Assembly: GCF_009914755.1 (NCBI RefSeq)
Contig: NC_060936.1
Origin: the human T2T-CHM13v2.0 reference genome, Homo sapiens
DNA: 64,000 nt
Direction: 5' to 3' (one strand)
The notes under the pieces are model-generated. The model saw nothing but the letters and a program-made list of their open reading frames with translations, ran no database searches and was not told where the DNA came from. Positions 23,729 to 38,333 of this stretch are shown one piece after another; the stretch's first letter is position 1; each line of letters starts with the position of its first letter. A program made the position numbers and the translations under genes.

Positions 23729-24652
23729 AAGTTAAAACTTTAAGATGAATCATAAAAAAATAAAATCTTCCAGTATTAGAATTATTCATATCATGTAAAT
23801 CTTTTTAGGGGGCCAATTAATTTTTAAAGTCTTACATTAAATGAATAATTTACTTATAAAAAAATATCAGCCATCATATGATTGCTAATGGGAAGATGAC
23901 AACATACTCTTAGAACGTATTACTACAGTTCACAAACCATGACTTTGTGACAGCTATATAATTTTAGTGAAATTATGAAGTAGAAAAAGCATTGTGATGT
24001 TGGAAAAAAATGCTTCAAAATCAGTTCTTGCACTGAGACATTATATAATAACATAGTTGCCACCGCTTCATATTTTTTTCTTGCAAGTAGAAGAAATTGT
24101 CATATATTCCCTCTTTTACATTGTTAACTTTATTTACACTAATATACTAATCAGATTTGAAAGTATTATCAGAAATTATTGCTTTTCTTTTCATACCTCT
24201 CAAAGTTCGAATAGTTCATCTTAAACTTCAGATCCTTCTACAACAGTTAAATTTAATCCAACATCCTTTGAATATTTTACCTCCATTGCTCTCTTTCACC
24301 AGTTTGATAAGAGCTTATGCAGCAAACCTCAGAAAATGGTTTTAAATGAATATGTCATTTAATGAACTAACACCATGAAGCTTCAAATGTCAATAGGATA
24401 ATGAGTTAGCTTTCAGTGGGAAACAAATAATATGATATTATAAAACATTATTTTAAATTAAAAGAGATTTGCTAATTCTGGAATAGTTACCCTCTCTCAT
24501 TACATAATGTAATCCTACAAATGGTGAATTAATACTATGAAAAAAATTTAATATAAAGTAAAATTAATGTATATATTATAATGTAATATAAATAGATATA
24601 TGCATAGATACATAAGTAGACACACAATAAACTCATAGTAATAACTGAGTTA

Positions 24653-24940
<288 letters not shown>

Positions 24941-24944
24941 CACT

Positions 24945-25378
24945 TGGAAAGACTTCACTTCCAAGCTCATTCTGGGTGGGTAATGGCAGAATTTATTTCC
25001 TGTTTTCCTGTATGACTGAGGGTCCTTGGTTTTTGCTGGCTATTGGCAGGAAGATACCCTCAGAGCCTGGAGCCTGCCGGCTGTTCTCAAAGTCTACTCC
25101 CAGTTTCTTGCCTTGTGAGCTTCTCCAACATAGTTTCAAGGAGAGTTTTTAGCTCCAGTGTGCTAAGGTGGAGCATTATATAATAGCATAATTACAATAG
25201 TGACATCTCAAGTTTCCTATGCTATGTAACTGAATCATGGGAGTAACATTGTTTTACTTTTGCTGTATTCTATGGTTGTAAGAAAGTCACTGGTCCTGCC
25301 TGTGGAAGGGGATTGCACAAAGGAGTAAATGCCAGGATAGGAATCATTTGAAGGATCACATTAGGGTCTGCCACCACA
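24945..25378 (-). mobile_element. MLT1 (E/F-like) LTR fragment
   Basis: cacttccaagctcatt...ggcagaatt...ttttgctggctattggc...agaaagtcactggtcctgcc...ggggattgcacaaagg...gggtctgccaccaca. Confidence 0.65.
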
Positions 25379-27038
25379 CAAGTTTTGAATAACTTAGAGA
25401 ATATGAGACATAAAGGAATCAAATAAATGGAGCCAGGAAAAAATTACATACGCTAGTGCATGCATTTGGAGATTAGGGATATTTTTCCATTTTTGTACTC
25501 TGTATTTTCTGTTTTACGATTATGTTAGATTTATAATAAAAAGTGATTGATTTTAAAAGTTTGCCAAAAGAGGTAATACCATATTATCATTCTTCTGAAA
25601 TATAATTTTTTCAAAAATTACTACTGACCCACAAATTATAAATTCTGAGTTTTTTTGTGGTGAAATTTGTACTATTAGTATTTCCTCTTAACTTCCTTGG
25701 GGCTACTCAGTTCCAATTACCCAGTTATTCTCCAGACATTGTTACCACAGTTAGTGCATTTCTATCTTGACGCTCTCAACATAGGTATTGATTAAGCCTG
25801 TCTTCTTAACTATCCACTCTTCTCACCCTATTTTTTGGTGATCACAATCTGTCCTTCTGCTTCAACTGTCATTTCAATGTAAATTATACTTAAAATATTT
25901 CCTCCAGAAACTGTATCATCTGAAATGCAAGGCCTTTTTATATTGCTACATGAATGGGTTTTTTAAAGTCCAGTAACATGACTAGACGTGTACTTCGTAT
26001 CTTGCCATCATGTCAAACTCGAGAAATAAAACTGAAGTCAAAATTCTACTAAACTTTTACTCCTAAATTATTTCTTTTATGTTAATGATAATTTTCCTCA
26101 TAAATTATCTTATACATTTAACATTTTCACATGTTAGTCTGTCTTATTTTATCCCATTATGTTATGCCTGGAGCCAAGCTATTATAGAAGTAAGGTACAA
26201 AAAAACAAAAATAAAAATAAAATAAAATTTGGGCCTCATCCTGGGAGTAATTTGATAATTAACCAGCTGTGTAATGCTGAATGCTGTGGTTATGATACAA
26301 AACCATGCTAAGGAAATACCTATAAGTCTAACAGGAAACCAATCTAAAGTGTTGGAAGATGCCTTTAATCTCAAACTGGGTGGTCTTAGAAGAGAGGGCC
26401 ACTAAATTTGATCTTGATGTCAGTTTGTCAGTAAAAAGATACATGGATAAAAAAAGAGCTTCTCTGTCTGAAGAAATCGCATTTATAAAGGCATAAAGTC
26501 ACTTAATTATAAAATATTCTTGACCTGACTCTTACTCTAACATTTTATGTCACACATAGTTCAGTGCTTTACTCCAGTCCTTTACTCCAACTTCAGAACA
26601 TTCCTCTTACCTTTTGCATTTTCTTTGCTGCAATTTGGTTTAGACTTTCAGTGACTCTTACCTGGACTCATCTCTCTGATTCCTAACTGATGTTTCTGCC
26701 TTTCCTCTGTTCTAATGCCAACTCATCTACTCACCAAAGTCAAATAACTGTAACTACATTAGAAACTAATTGAATTTGGTCTTGAAGTTTTAATTAGAGC
26801 TTTTCATCATTCCAAATCAAGAATCATTGGAGGTTTGTGTCATTTTCTAAATATTATAGAGATAAGAAAAATAAAACTTGGAACCTTATAAAAGTAATAT
26901 AATTCATGATGTAAATAAGAGATGTGTAGATAGACACAGACAGAAGGAAGAGAACAGAAGATTACATGATTGAGGAAGCAATATAAGGAAAAAAATAAAA
27001 AAGATTCTTCCTGAGAGATCATCAAAAGTCATAGACAA

Positions 27039-27343
27039 GGTTGGGCACAGTGGCTTGTGCCTGTAAATCCCTGCACTTTGGGATGCCAAGGCAGGTGGAT
27101 CACCTGAGATCAGGAGTTGGAGACCAGCCTTGCCAACACGGTGAAAACCTACCTTCACTAAAAATACAAAAAATTAGCTGGACGTGGCAGCGTGCACCCT
27201 TAGTCCCAGCTACTTGGGAGGCTGAGGCAGAAGAATCACTTGAACCCAAGAAAGAGGTTGCAGTGAACCGAGATCACACCACTGCCCTCCAGCCTGGGCA
27301 ACAGAGTGAGACTCTGTCTCAAAAACAACAACAACAAAAAAAA
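27039..27343 (+). mobile_element. AluS (Sx/Sz-like)
   Basis: ggttgggcacagtggct...gatcacctgag-tcaggagtt...gagactctgtctcaaaaacaac; partial TSD aaagtcat. Confidence 0.93.
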
Positions 27344-27645
27344 GAAAGTCATTTGTAGATGACTTAATGATTAGGTGGAAAAAAAAGAGGAAATAAGAAA
27401 AGAATCTGAGTAGATACAAAAGCATGTAGACTGTCAAAAAGTCATAAATATCTTGCATACAAGATACTTGGAAATGGTTAGTAGTCTGCTTCAGCTAGGA
27501 AAAAAAAAATATGAAAATCTGAATGGTTGGAAATCTCCAGAACTCCTAGGATGAATGCTGAGCTTCTTAACTTGAAATGTAAGGTTTTTATGATAATCTC
27601 AGTGGGTCTTTTAGTTATTTCTTTCTACATTTGTTATACCCCCAC

Positions 27646-28530
27646 AATATTAGAGTTCTTCAGAGAAACAGGATAAATAAGATCTGTATATACATAGAGA
27701 AAAATTTCTTTCAAGGAATTGGCTCACATTATTACAAAGGCTGAAAAGTCTCAAAACTGCAAAGTGGGCTAACAGGACAGAGACACAGGGAATAGTTGAT
27801 GTTGCAGTTCAAGTCAAAATGCTGTAAGGCTGGAGACCTGGTATAAGTAAGCTTGGGCTGCCATAATAAGATATCACAGAGTGTGTGGATTAAACAACAG
27901 ACGTTTTCTTTCTCACAATTCTGGAGTCTAAAAAGCCCAAAATCGAAGTTCATCAGTGTTCAGATTACGGCGAGGGCTCTCTTTCTGCCTTGTACCTTCT
28001 CTCTGTGTCCTCACATGGTGGAGAGAGATTACGATCTCTCTCTTCCATTTCTTATAAAGCCACAAATTCTATCCCATTAGAGCCCCACCCTTATTACTTC
28101 ATGTAACCTTAATTACCTTCTAAAAGCCCATCTCCAAATACATTCACACTGGGGATGTATTTGTTGGGATCTTCCACATATAAATTTTAAGGAGACACAA
28201 TTCAGTCCATAGCGCCCAGGAAAAGCTGATCTTATAGTTCAAGTCTGAAGGTGTTCAAACTGGAGATCACATAATAGTCAATGTTGCAGTTCAAATCTGA
28301 AGGTCATCTGCTGGCAGAACTACTTCTTTCTCAAAGGAGGTTGATCTTTGTTCTCTTCACACCTTCCACTGATTAGAAAAGGCCCACACACATTGGGGAG
28401 ATTTTTACTCTGCTTTACTCAAAGCCCGTCAACTTAAATATTAACTCAATCGGAAAACATCTTTACAGAAGCATCCAAAATACCTGAGCACCATGGCTAA
28501 ACAAGTAGACAAATAAATTTAACCATCACA
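27646..28530 (-). mobile_element. MLT2 (C/D-like, ERVL) LTR split by an MLT1 insertion
   Basis: tattagagttcttcagagaaacag...aaggaattggctcac...aagtctgaagg...aggcccacacacatt...ctgctttactcaaag...aaatttaaccatcaca. Confidence 0.8.
27840..28214 (-). mobile_element. MLT1A/B LTR nested in MLT2
   Basis: gggctgccataa...ttaaacaacagac...tctcacaattctggag...ctgtgtcctcacatgg...ccccacccttat...gacacaattcagtccatagc. Confidence 0.85.
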
Positions 28531-29201
28531 TTTATGTTTCACCCTGTTTTCTTCCTTTATCTTTTGACATGCTCCAAAACATACTTCTTCCAAATGTTTG
28601 TTCATCTGGAATATATTATTTTCCTATAACTATCTAGTAAAATTCCTCCCATTCAGTAAGACACAAATAAAATGTCATCACTTTTGTAAAGTTTTCCCTA
28701 ATTATTATCACTTGTGATTGTTATAGCTTTCTATTTTGGAAGCCTATAGTAGTTCAAAGCATCCATGTAGTTCTTACCATAAACTGATTTACATTATTTG
28801 TGTGCTTGTCCAGTTTCATTACTAGATTTTCACTAAGCTTATCAATAGAGTGTCTTAAAAACATAAACTTACAATGCCTTTCATTGTTTCATATCTTCCC
28901 ATATATATTATTTCTATTTCCCCATGTTACTCAACACGAAGACCCTGGGGTTTCGTTCTTCTACCGTAGGGTAGAATAACTGGAGAGATAATAACAAAAG
29001 GTGTTGAAGTAGCAAATGTATAGTGAGTCAATACTATGGTGTTTGAATTCTTAAAATGACACAAATGCATATGCTTATGTTTGAATATGATGTAATGATC
29101 ACTATATTGTCAGTGTGTGTAGCATTAGAGTTGGGTTTTAGCAATATTTAAATATATATATATATATTTAAAACAGAAAGCTCTTTTGACATTTCAGTAA
29201 G

Positions 29202-30329
29202 TGTTACAGGACCAACAGGTTTGTATGCCTGCTGCACAGTAACAGACCAATATGCCAAGACCTCAGAGTTTGCAGCAAAGAAAGAGTTTAATGATCACAG
29301 GGTGGCTGAGTGAAGAGATGAGCGGAGACCCTCAAATCTGTCTCCCTAAGGAGTTCTGGGCTGGGGTTTTGTGAGAGTTAATATTAGGTGTCAACTTGAC
29401 TGGGTCTAGGGAATCCTAGATGGCTGGTAAAGTATTGTTTCTGGATGTGTCTGTGAGGGTGTTGCCAGAGGAGACCAATAGATATTTGAATCAGTTGACT
29501 GGGAGAGAAAGACCCTTCTCAATATGGGTGGTCACCATCCAGTTGGCTGCCAGCATGGCTAGAACAAAGCAGGTGGAAGAAGGGGGATAAGCTTGTTTGC
29601 TGAGTCTTCTGGTTTGCTTTTTCTTCCTGTGCCAAACTCTCACTTCTTCTTCTTCTGCCCTTGTATATCAGACTCCGGGTTCTTTGGTCTTCGGTCTTTG
29701 GACTCTGGGCCTTGCACCAGCCGCTTCTCAGGGGCTCTCAGACTGAAGGCTGCACTGTCAGCTTCCCTGTTTTCAGCTTGCAGACAACCTATCCTGGGAT
29801 TTCACCCATAAGCATGTAAGCTAACTCATATACATATATCTCTCTCTTATTGGTTCTGTTCCTCTGGATAATCCTGACTAATACAGATTTTTAAGGGGAT
29901 CATGGAGGCAGAAAAACAGGAAAATTGGAGTCATTGATTGTTAGGGATGTGTGGGATAGAATCATCAGGATGTGGAAACTTCATTCTTTAGTGAGTCAGC
30001 TCCTCGTAGGGGTTCTTCAGATCAGCTTCAGACCAGCTGATGTCAGTAGTTTCACTAGTATATAGGACTTGAAAGAATATCTCACATGAAAAACTTAACA
30101 TTTCACAATGTTCACGTTGTTATCTATAGGGGAGTTAACAGTCATTATAATCTTGTGACAGAGTCTGCACAATTCCAGGACAACAGGCTGCAAACAACTG
30201 TGAGGAAGGAGGTCAGAGAGTGAGCTGACCTAATGCTTAATATTGAATGTGCTGTATGTTTGGTTTATTTCAATTTTTCCCCTTTCTTTTTCTCTGATTA
30301 ACTTTATATAGTTTATAGGGACAGGTTCA
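29202..30329 (-). mobile_element. ERV1/MER4-group LTR (LTR54/LTR49-like) split by MLT2
   Basis: tgttacaggaccaacagg...gtttgcagcaaagaaagagtttaat...gagttctgggctggggtttt | ttaaggggatcatggag...acaggttca; near 4-bp TSD taag/gaag; subfamily uncertain. Confidence 0.7.
29370..29885 (+). mobile_element. MLT2A2/MLT2B-like (HERV-L) solo LTR
   Basis: tgtgagagttaatattaggtgtcaacttgactgg...gtgtctgtgagggtgttgccagaggaga...attggttctgttcctctgga...cctgactaataca; near-TSD ggttt/gattt. Confidence 0.88.
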
Positions 30330-30404
30330 GAAGCACAGGAAGAAAAAATACTCTATAACATCACATCTTTTATAATGCAAAATTTTGAAAGTCGATCTAA
30401 ACAT

Positions 30405-30848
30405 TGTATGTTAGTTTTCTAGCACTCCCTTAATGAAGTACCACAGACTGAGTGGCTTTAAGTAACAGAAATTTATTGTCTCACAGCTCTGGAGTCTGGA
30501 AGTCCAAAATCAAGATGTCAGTAAGACCATGCTCTCTCCACAGCTCTAGGGAATAATCTGCTCCAAGGCTTACTAAGCTTTTGGTGTTGCTGGCAATCCT
30601 AAACATTCCTTGGCTTGCAGCTGAATAATGCCAGTCTCTGCCTTCTCATCAGATAGTTGTTTTTTCATCATCTTCTTATAATGACACTAGTCATATTGTA
30701 TTAAAGTCCTACCTTACTCAAGTGTAACCTCATCTTAACTAATTACATCCACAAAGATCCTATTTTTAAGTTAGATCACATTTTGCAGTACTGGGTGCTA
30801 GAAGTTCAACATATCTTTTCGAGGGGGAACACAATTCAGTCCATAACA
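30405..30848 (-). mobile_element. MLT1C-like LTR
   Basis: aagtaccacagactgagtggcttt...cagaaatttattgtctcacagctctggag...aagtccaaaatcaag...ggaacacaattcagtccataaca. Confidence 0.85.
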
Positions 30849-33519
30849 ATGATCAACCCAAAATGCTTCATTTTATATTGGGAAATATACTAAAATATTG
30901 ACAGATCACATTTTTAAAATGACCATCTCAACAGGTCTAAAAATCAGTTGAAAAAATTTGAGACATTTCTGATTGAAAAAAAACAATAAAAAACAAAAAT
31001 GAACTCTTAAAAAAAGAAAAGGATTCGAAATATCCATATTTACAAACAAATTATTTTCTCAGATTGTTTAAAACAATTTAAAAACTATTTGTGTTGGATA
31101 AATGTTAAACAAATATGAGTGTACACATGTATACTCCAGAAAACATTTAGAAAATAGCTTAGATATAACTTTCACAACTAAACAATAAGAAATTTTATAC
31201 ATTACTAATATATATACAGCAATACATTAAGTATTAATGTAGTAATAATACATTTATACATTACTAATATATATACAGCAATACATTAATATATTAATAT
31301 ATAATAGGAAGTTGTATATTTTTCCTAACAAAATATATAACTTCAATGTAGGAAGATAATATTTAAAAACTAAGGTCAACTCTATATAAATCCCAATTTA
31401 ATACAATGAAAACTGAACAAAATGATTTTAAAGCTCCTTTGGAAGAGTAAAATGGTAAAAATATCCAAGGAAATTTATAAATTAAAAATTCAACATAAAT
31501 ATATTAAAATACACAATAAAATATAATATAAAAAATTACTGTTTTAAAAATAGATACAAAGACCAAACATTGACATTTTCTAGAATCAACCAGTTATTTT
31601 TTTCTCTAATTTTCTCCTTTTAATTAATAAGGATATCTGATCACTTTTGTAACATACAGAGCAAATTCAAGGAGGCTAAATAAGATACAAGTTTATTTCT
31701 TTTTGTAGGCAAAACTGGATTAGGCAATCTAGGGCTATTATGTCACCTCCACATTCATCTGGATTTTAACAAGCTTTTTCAAGGCTAACACCCTGACATC
31801 CTCAACAGACATTTTCTTTATAGTGGTACAGAATGACTATTTCTAGATTCTTTTATGTGTCCTAATTTCAACCTAGGAGAAGGGGAAAAAGTGATAAGAA
31901 GAGACTTGCACATAATCACTTCTGTTCACACCTCATTTGTGAGAAAGTAATCATGTGGTTCAATCTAGCAGAGAACATAGGAAATATAGTCTTTAGCTAA
32001 GCAGCAATGTTCACAACTAAAATACTTGTTGAAAAAGAAAAGGTATTAGTAAATAAAAGCAGTCTTTGCTGCACTGCCCATTTAGCCATTCAGATAAATA
32101 TGTAACCCTTTCTTCCCACCCTTGAAAAATTTTAAACTTTCCCCAAGGAGAAAGAATCCAAAAGCTCTTTCCAGTTTTGTTATCAAGACAGAAGTTTATT
32201 TTTCACTTCTACAGTGAGTAAAAATGCTTATGTATTTAACACTAAATATTGGTAAACTTGTAAAGAAATAGATACTTTCAAACATGGTGAAGGAAAGAAA
32301 ATGGAAATAATCTAGTTTTTTGAGAAAACCATTTGATATACATTGAGACCACAAAACATAAACTTTTACCCAATAACATAATCAGTGACATAGTTATAAC
32401 TCATTTTTTACAAAAAAAAAGTTGTGTAGTGGCAATGGTTTACTGAATAGAATATTATACAGTCTTTGAAAATATGCATAAAAAGTCTTTAATGAACATG
32501 CTCATATTATCTCAATATGATAAAAACATCAGGATAAAAATTGTACATCCATTAATTTCTGTATAATTAATATAAATATATATATAATGTTATACTCCAA
32601 GTAATAATGTCACTGGATCCTTTCAATTTCATCACCAGAAATTACTCATTCACTCAAATGATTTTGATTAATTCTCTGAGAGTACCTCAGGATGATAAAA
32701 GCTTAGAACAGGTTCCACGCTTTCTTTCTTCTAGGCCTCATTGGTGCTCCCACACCGACTTTTACAAATGATGCTAATGAAGTTATCTTTCTGCTGCACA
32801 CAACTAAACTTAGCTGGTGACTGCCATGCCTACCATCACTCTGGCCTTGAAGGGGACAGCAACACTGTTTTTCTGGTCTGTTCCAAGAAAAAAGACAGGA
32901 CCTTTCTTTAAACTGAATGACTTACAACTATATTTCAGTGAATCCAGACTAATCTTTTTCTACCAACAGAAACATTCCACAGTTCCATACCTTAGAGTCC
33001 AGAATAAACATTCCCTTGCCTTTAAAAAGCAGGAAGAGGATTCTTTTTCTTAATTTCAGATAAACATTTGTCACCTACTAGTTAATAAATATTATTACAA
33101 CTAAATGCACTCATTTAATATTCTGCAAAAAACTCTAAGGGATAAAAAAATTAAAATTAGGCTCCAGTCTTTAAAGAATTTAAAAGATGAGATTAATATA
33201 CAATTGAACCTAGCAAAAAATGCAAACCATATATAATTTGTTGTTAAATTGCATGGTATAGAACATAACTTTTTGAAAAATGAAAGATTAGGCAGGATAA
33301 TTTATAAGAATCTTGACAGCCCTTTCATGTTGGGCTCCTGCCATTGGTGTACCGATGGGACAGAAATGATTTATGCAGTTTGAGTACTCTGTGCTAATGG
33401 AACCATAATTTCCTAAATCTGTTCCCAGATGGACTTTCATTCTGGACTCTGTATTTTCATTAAGATGATGTTTATGGGAATCCTATTGATTACCCCATCT
33501 TTTGCTAAACAACGTGCAG

Positions 33520-33720
33520 AATCCATGATGATTTTGATGGTGCGTGCCAATTAACTTGGGCATTACATTAAATAATACTACCTATAATTTTGTAGGGTAA
33601 GAATTACTACCCACATTTCATAGATGTTAGAAATGAGGCCAGGGAGTTAAAGTAGTTTGCCTGATCACATCATTTGTGACATACAAAACTGGTGTAAGTG
33701 CCCAGACTGCTCAGTAAAAT
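33520..33720 (-). mobile_element. MIR SINE
   Basis: attactacccacatttcatagatgttagaaatgaggccagggagttaaagtagtttgcctgatcaca. Confidence 0.6.
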
Positions 33721-34707
33721 GTCAGAGTAGAAAGCTGGGCAGCAGAGTGGGAGTGGGTGAAAGGAACAACGGTGAAAGTTTGTTTTCAAATGGAAAACAA
33801 TTTTTGGATGGCAAGATAAGTGTACTAGGAGTAAATCTGAGTTTTAAGAAGCAGAAAATTAATGTTAAATACTAAGTTTTAAGAACAGAAATTACGATAA
33901 GATGAAATTGTGTTAAAGCAACAAACCATGATAGAAAAAAAGTAGATTGATAAACTATAGGGATAATGACATAATAGGGAAGGTAACTCATTCACTGTCT
34001 AGCCACATATTACCTCTTCAACCCCATTTCCTACCACTTCTCTTTCCAGATACTGTAGCTAAAATGAGCATTTTTACACGTCCTGTGAATTACAAAAGTT
34101 CTCTTAATGCTAAGTTTTTGTATCTTTTTTTGTCCAATTACCATTCTAGTCATAACTGTAGACAATGTATTTCTGTCATAAAAAGACTATGCCAGAAGGA
34201 AAAAGTCAGGTTAAAAGAAATAATTCTTGAAAATTAAGAATATGAATACAGAAACTTACAAAATAATAATAATAAATAGCCTAATAGTAATGCTTACATT
34301 TATAAACACTACTCCATGTTGTCTCAAATAGAAAAAGGAATATTTATGAGAAAAATTTGAATTTTCAGGCTCAAAGAACTACTGAATACCCAGTAGATTC
34401 TGAAAATTTACACCAGGAAAAATAAGAAGACTCTTAAAAATGAGAAGACCCTAAAAGCCCCAGAAAGAAAGAATTAAGATGATATACAAAGGCATGTGAA
34501 TGGAAAAGATATAAAGTTTCTGATCTGCTAAAAATCAGTGAAATAATGCCTTAAAAACACTGAAAGAAAATTATTCTATCTTGTATAGCTATCCATCTAG
34601 TGGGAGATTGTAACAAAATATTTTCAGATACAAATGTTACTTTTCAAAATATAATAAAAGATAAAAATGTGACTTTTATTAATATATAAAATAAGTCAAA
34701 GATTTTA

Positions 34708-34868
<161 letters not shown>

Positions 34869-34895
34869 ATAACGCCAGTTCAAAGGAGAATTTGA

Positions 34896-34932
<37 letters not shown>
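34896..34932. repeat. (TA)n(CA)n microsatellite
   Basis: direct reading. Confidence 0.9.
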
Positions 34933-34933
<1 letters not shown>

Positions 34934-37900
34934 CTTTTGTATAATAGCAATATGTCATTTGCATAATATGTCAAATTTTTATCCACTAGAGGAGTATGAG
35001 TTAATGTTTAGGATCATCTTTTCTCTAAGGCAGAAATCAGTTGTATCTCTACCTACTAGACAAACTCATTTGCATTGCTAAGGAAAAAAATAATTTGAAT
35101 GACTGTCAGTTTTCTACACCTTGATTTCTACCCCTATGCAATTGTAAAATAGGTTAGTTAATGAAAAGAATTTTACAGGAACATACCTGTATAGTTCAGG
35201 CCATCCCTGAAAGTGTTTGCCAGACAATGCCCAGCACTTCACTGAAAGAGAACACACAATAATATTTTGCCCATTTCCAAGTTGGTGACATTTTTTCCTA
35301 ATGTGAGGAAGGATATACAAATTTTAATTTCTAAGCACTTAGCTATTAAAAGATGATCATCAACCAAACAAGGAGTAACCCAAGAAAGTATACTCAAGTT
35401 CTGGAGGACAGGTAATCCATCCAGCACCATTGTTCTATTACTTGAGGAGAGCAGATCTCCAAGATGACAGTTAAGCATCAATCACAGAAGATAACCATTC
35501 AGAACAGCATGCAAAATCTAAAAATGCAATTTATCTGTTATCAATATATATTGGAGCATTTGAGAATATCATCCCCAACATTTGACAAATCTGTTGGTGT
35601 ATTTAGAAAAGAAAAATAACAATTAATGCATAAAAATCTAAACAAATGAAAGAAATGCAATTATTCATGTCAAGAAAAACATGGTTTAATAGGAATATAC
35701 AAATAAATATTGCCTATAGTTCTTGGATTGAATACAAACCATAATTATACATAAAAATAAAATCAGCTCTGTCTGTTGATTTGATGCACACTTATGATGT
35801 AACTACATTGGTTTAATGAATGGTAGGGAAAGATGCCTGAAATAAAATGGCTAAACCATTACCTAACATAAGTTATGTTATGTACCTAAACCATTACATA
35901 ACATAACATAAATTAAGAAGTGATGTCTAAATTTGATAGATTGGGAAATAAAACTTAAAGAATGTTTTTTATTTTATTTAAAAATACCTGGAAAAAATAA
36001 ATGATACTTTTGAAAATAGTTGTCTCTGGAAAGAGGTCCTAGGTTAAGTAAGAGCTAAAGAATGTGTTTCTAGTTTTTATTATGTCTTTTAATTTTATTT
36101 GATTTATCGCATAAATCTATTTATGTGCAATTATAACATTGACAAAAATAAAAATAATCTCCAATAAAATGAACAAAAGTATAACTGCATATTATGTGTA
36201 GTAAAAACTGGATTAACATATGTGGGTAAAGTTGGAAAATTATGTTTAATTGAGGTGACAATTGATTGGGTACCCATCATAAAGTTCAGATTTCCCTTGA
36301 TGAAAAATGAGAAGTAAAGGTTTTACAGCAGAGAAAATATTATGTGAGTAGGTCTCTTACATTCATATAAGTAATTTTATTGAGTTATGGATACAACAGA
36401 GTTGGGGATAAAATTTTGTAGTAAAAGATCTCTGATATTTCCAGACTACTTGCATAAAATTTAAGTCTATATACAATAAAATTAATGAAGATTATATAAA
36501 TTTATATTTGTATTTTCCATTCATGTTGTGTTACATGGGTTTGTTAGTCTTTGCTTTTCAGATGTTCTAATACTTTAGCTTTCATTATTCAGATGAGAAC
36601 ACAAAGAAAAATGAAGAATAAATTACATGTGGATTAACATAAAAAACTTTCAAATTCTTGTATGGAAAGCAAGTCTTTAATGTATGCAAGCACATATTTT
36701 CTCATAAACAGATGTTGAGATTACAAAACAACAAGTAATTGAGCACAGATGGTGTGCTTGGCATACTAAAAAATGCTTAAAGGAGAGTTAGCACTTAACA
36801 GAGAGAGCAGATTTCCTTTCAGTCAGGGTTCTTTTGGCTTTAAATGTTCCAGATTTTTTTTTTTTAATAACTTAACGCCTCTTTGCCAAGAGAGTGTTCT
36901 GAGCCAGTATGAAAATAATAATATGTCAAATGTTAATGATAGATACAAAATGATTTTTATTCCATATCAACCATAAAGAAACTGTGCTGCATAGTCTAAG
37001 TATAAATGGTAATATTACTATTATGCTTGAATTACCTTTGTATCTTCTATATCTTTTGTATTCCATTTAATTTTTTATTTTAGTGAGATAATTAATGCAT
37101 TCATTTCTATAACTGAGTAAATTAAGCTTGCTGCAGTGGCAGCTTAGTATTATTTAATATTTTTTATAATTGCAGTAAGTTAGACCTGTAGCATAATAAA
37201 ATAGTGTCTACTTTTTCCTATTTATATTTCCTGTTGAAAATGTGTCTAAGTACTTAAACAAAATACTAATGACGATAATTAAGGGAAGAAATGGAGAAAA
37301 AAGTAAACTCTTAAATGTAGTTAGTAGATAGATAATGGTTTCAAATTACCATTTTCTATAGCAAAATAACATCAATTTTCATTTTTAAAAATAACATCAA
37401 GATATCTTCATCGTGTTAACAGTATTGACTAGAAATGTGAAAAAAAAATTTGAAGATTTTTTCTCTTTATAAAAAAAGGAGAAGAGGCAGACTTTATATC
37501 TAAAATTTCTGGGCTGTGCTAAATATTTTATGTTCAATTGAGAAAGAATTTGCATTATTGTATTCCCCAAAGGCATTTTTTCTGTGCAAAAGTTTTCCCT
37601 CTGACTTCAAAGTGGGAACCACAAGAGTGCATATTAACATTGAAATGGATGAAAAACAGACTCAAGTTTTTGAATGAGCATAGCAAATTGAAAGGTAGCT
37701 ATTAGAAATAGAGGTTCAGTCAGGCTAACAGACCATTTAAGTCTCTATTGTATTAAAGTCAAATTTAAAAGATGGACACAATTTTTGCTAAGAATGTGAA
37801 AAATTTCAGACAATGGAAATCAAAACACAGGAAGGAAGGAAGCTTTCAACTCCTTTAATGTAATGAAATATTACTATAATTTAATGAAGCAGGTAGAATA

Positions 37901-38333
37901 CTTTGCTCTTGGTTATGGAATTTTACTTCTCATGCTAAATCCAAGGATGTACAGTGATTATGGTCAGAATAACATCACAGGGAAATTGATACTTTCCGAG
38001 GAGGAATTTCCATGGATCATTCCCAGGAGGACTTTTCAAAATAGGAGAGAAAAGTATTTTGGGATTTCGGAGTCCAGAAGATCCCAGAATTAAACAATCT
38101 CTCTCTCTTTTTAAAGCATCTTAGACTATAAGGGGGGCCATAACAATAGGCTACCACCTAAGATTTTTGCTGTGCCTTAGCTACTGCTGTCTCAACAATG
38201 AGTTCCTTAGGACCAAACAGTTCTTAATTATTCTTCACAGTTGTGCTTTTATGGGTTTTGTATTAAATAAAAACCTTAGAAGAATTAGATAGCTCTGATA
38301 TTCTCCTCTTTAGGACAGGTTATATTTTTAGGA

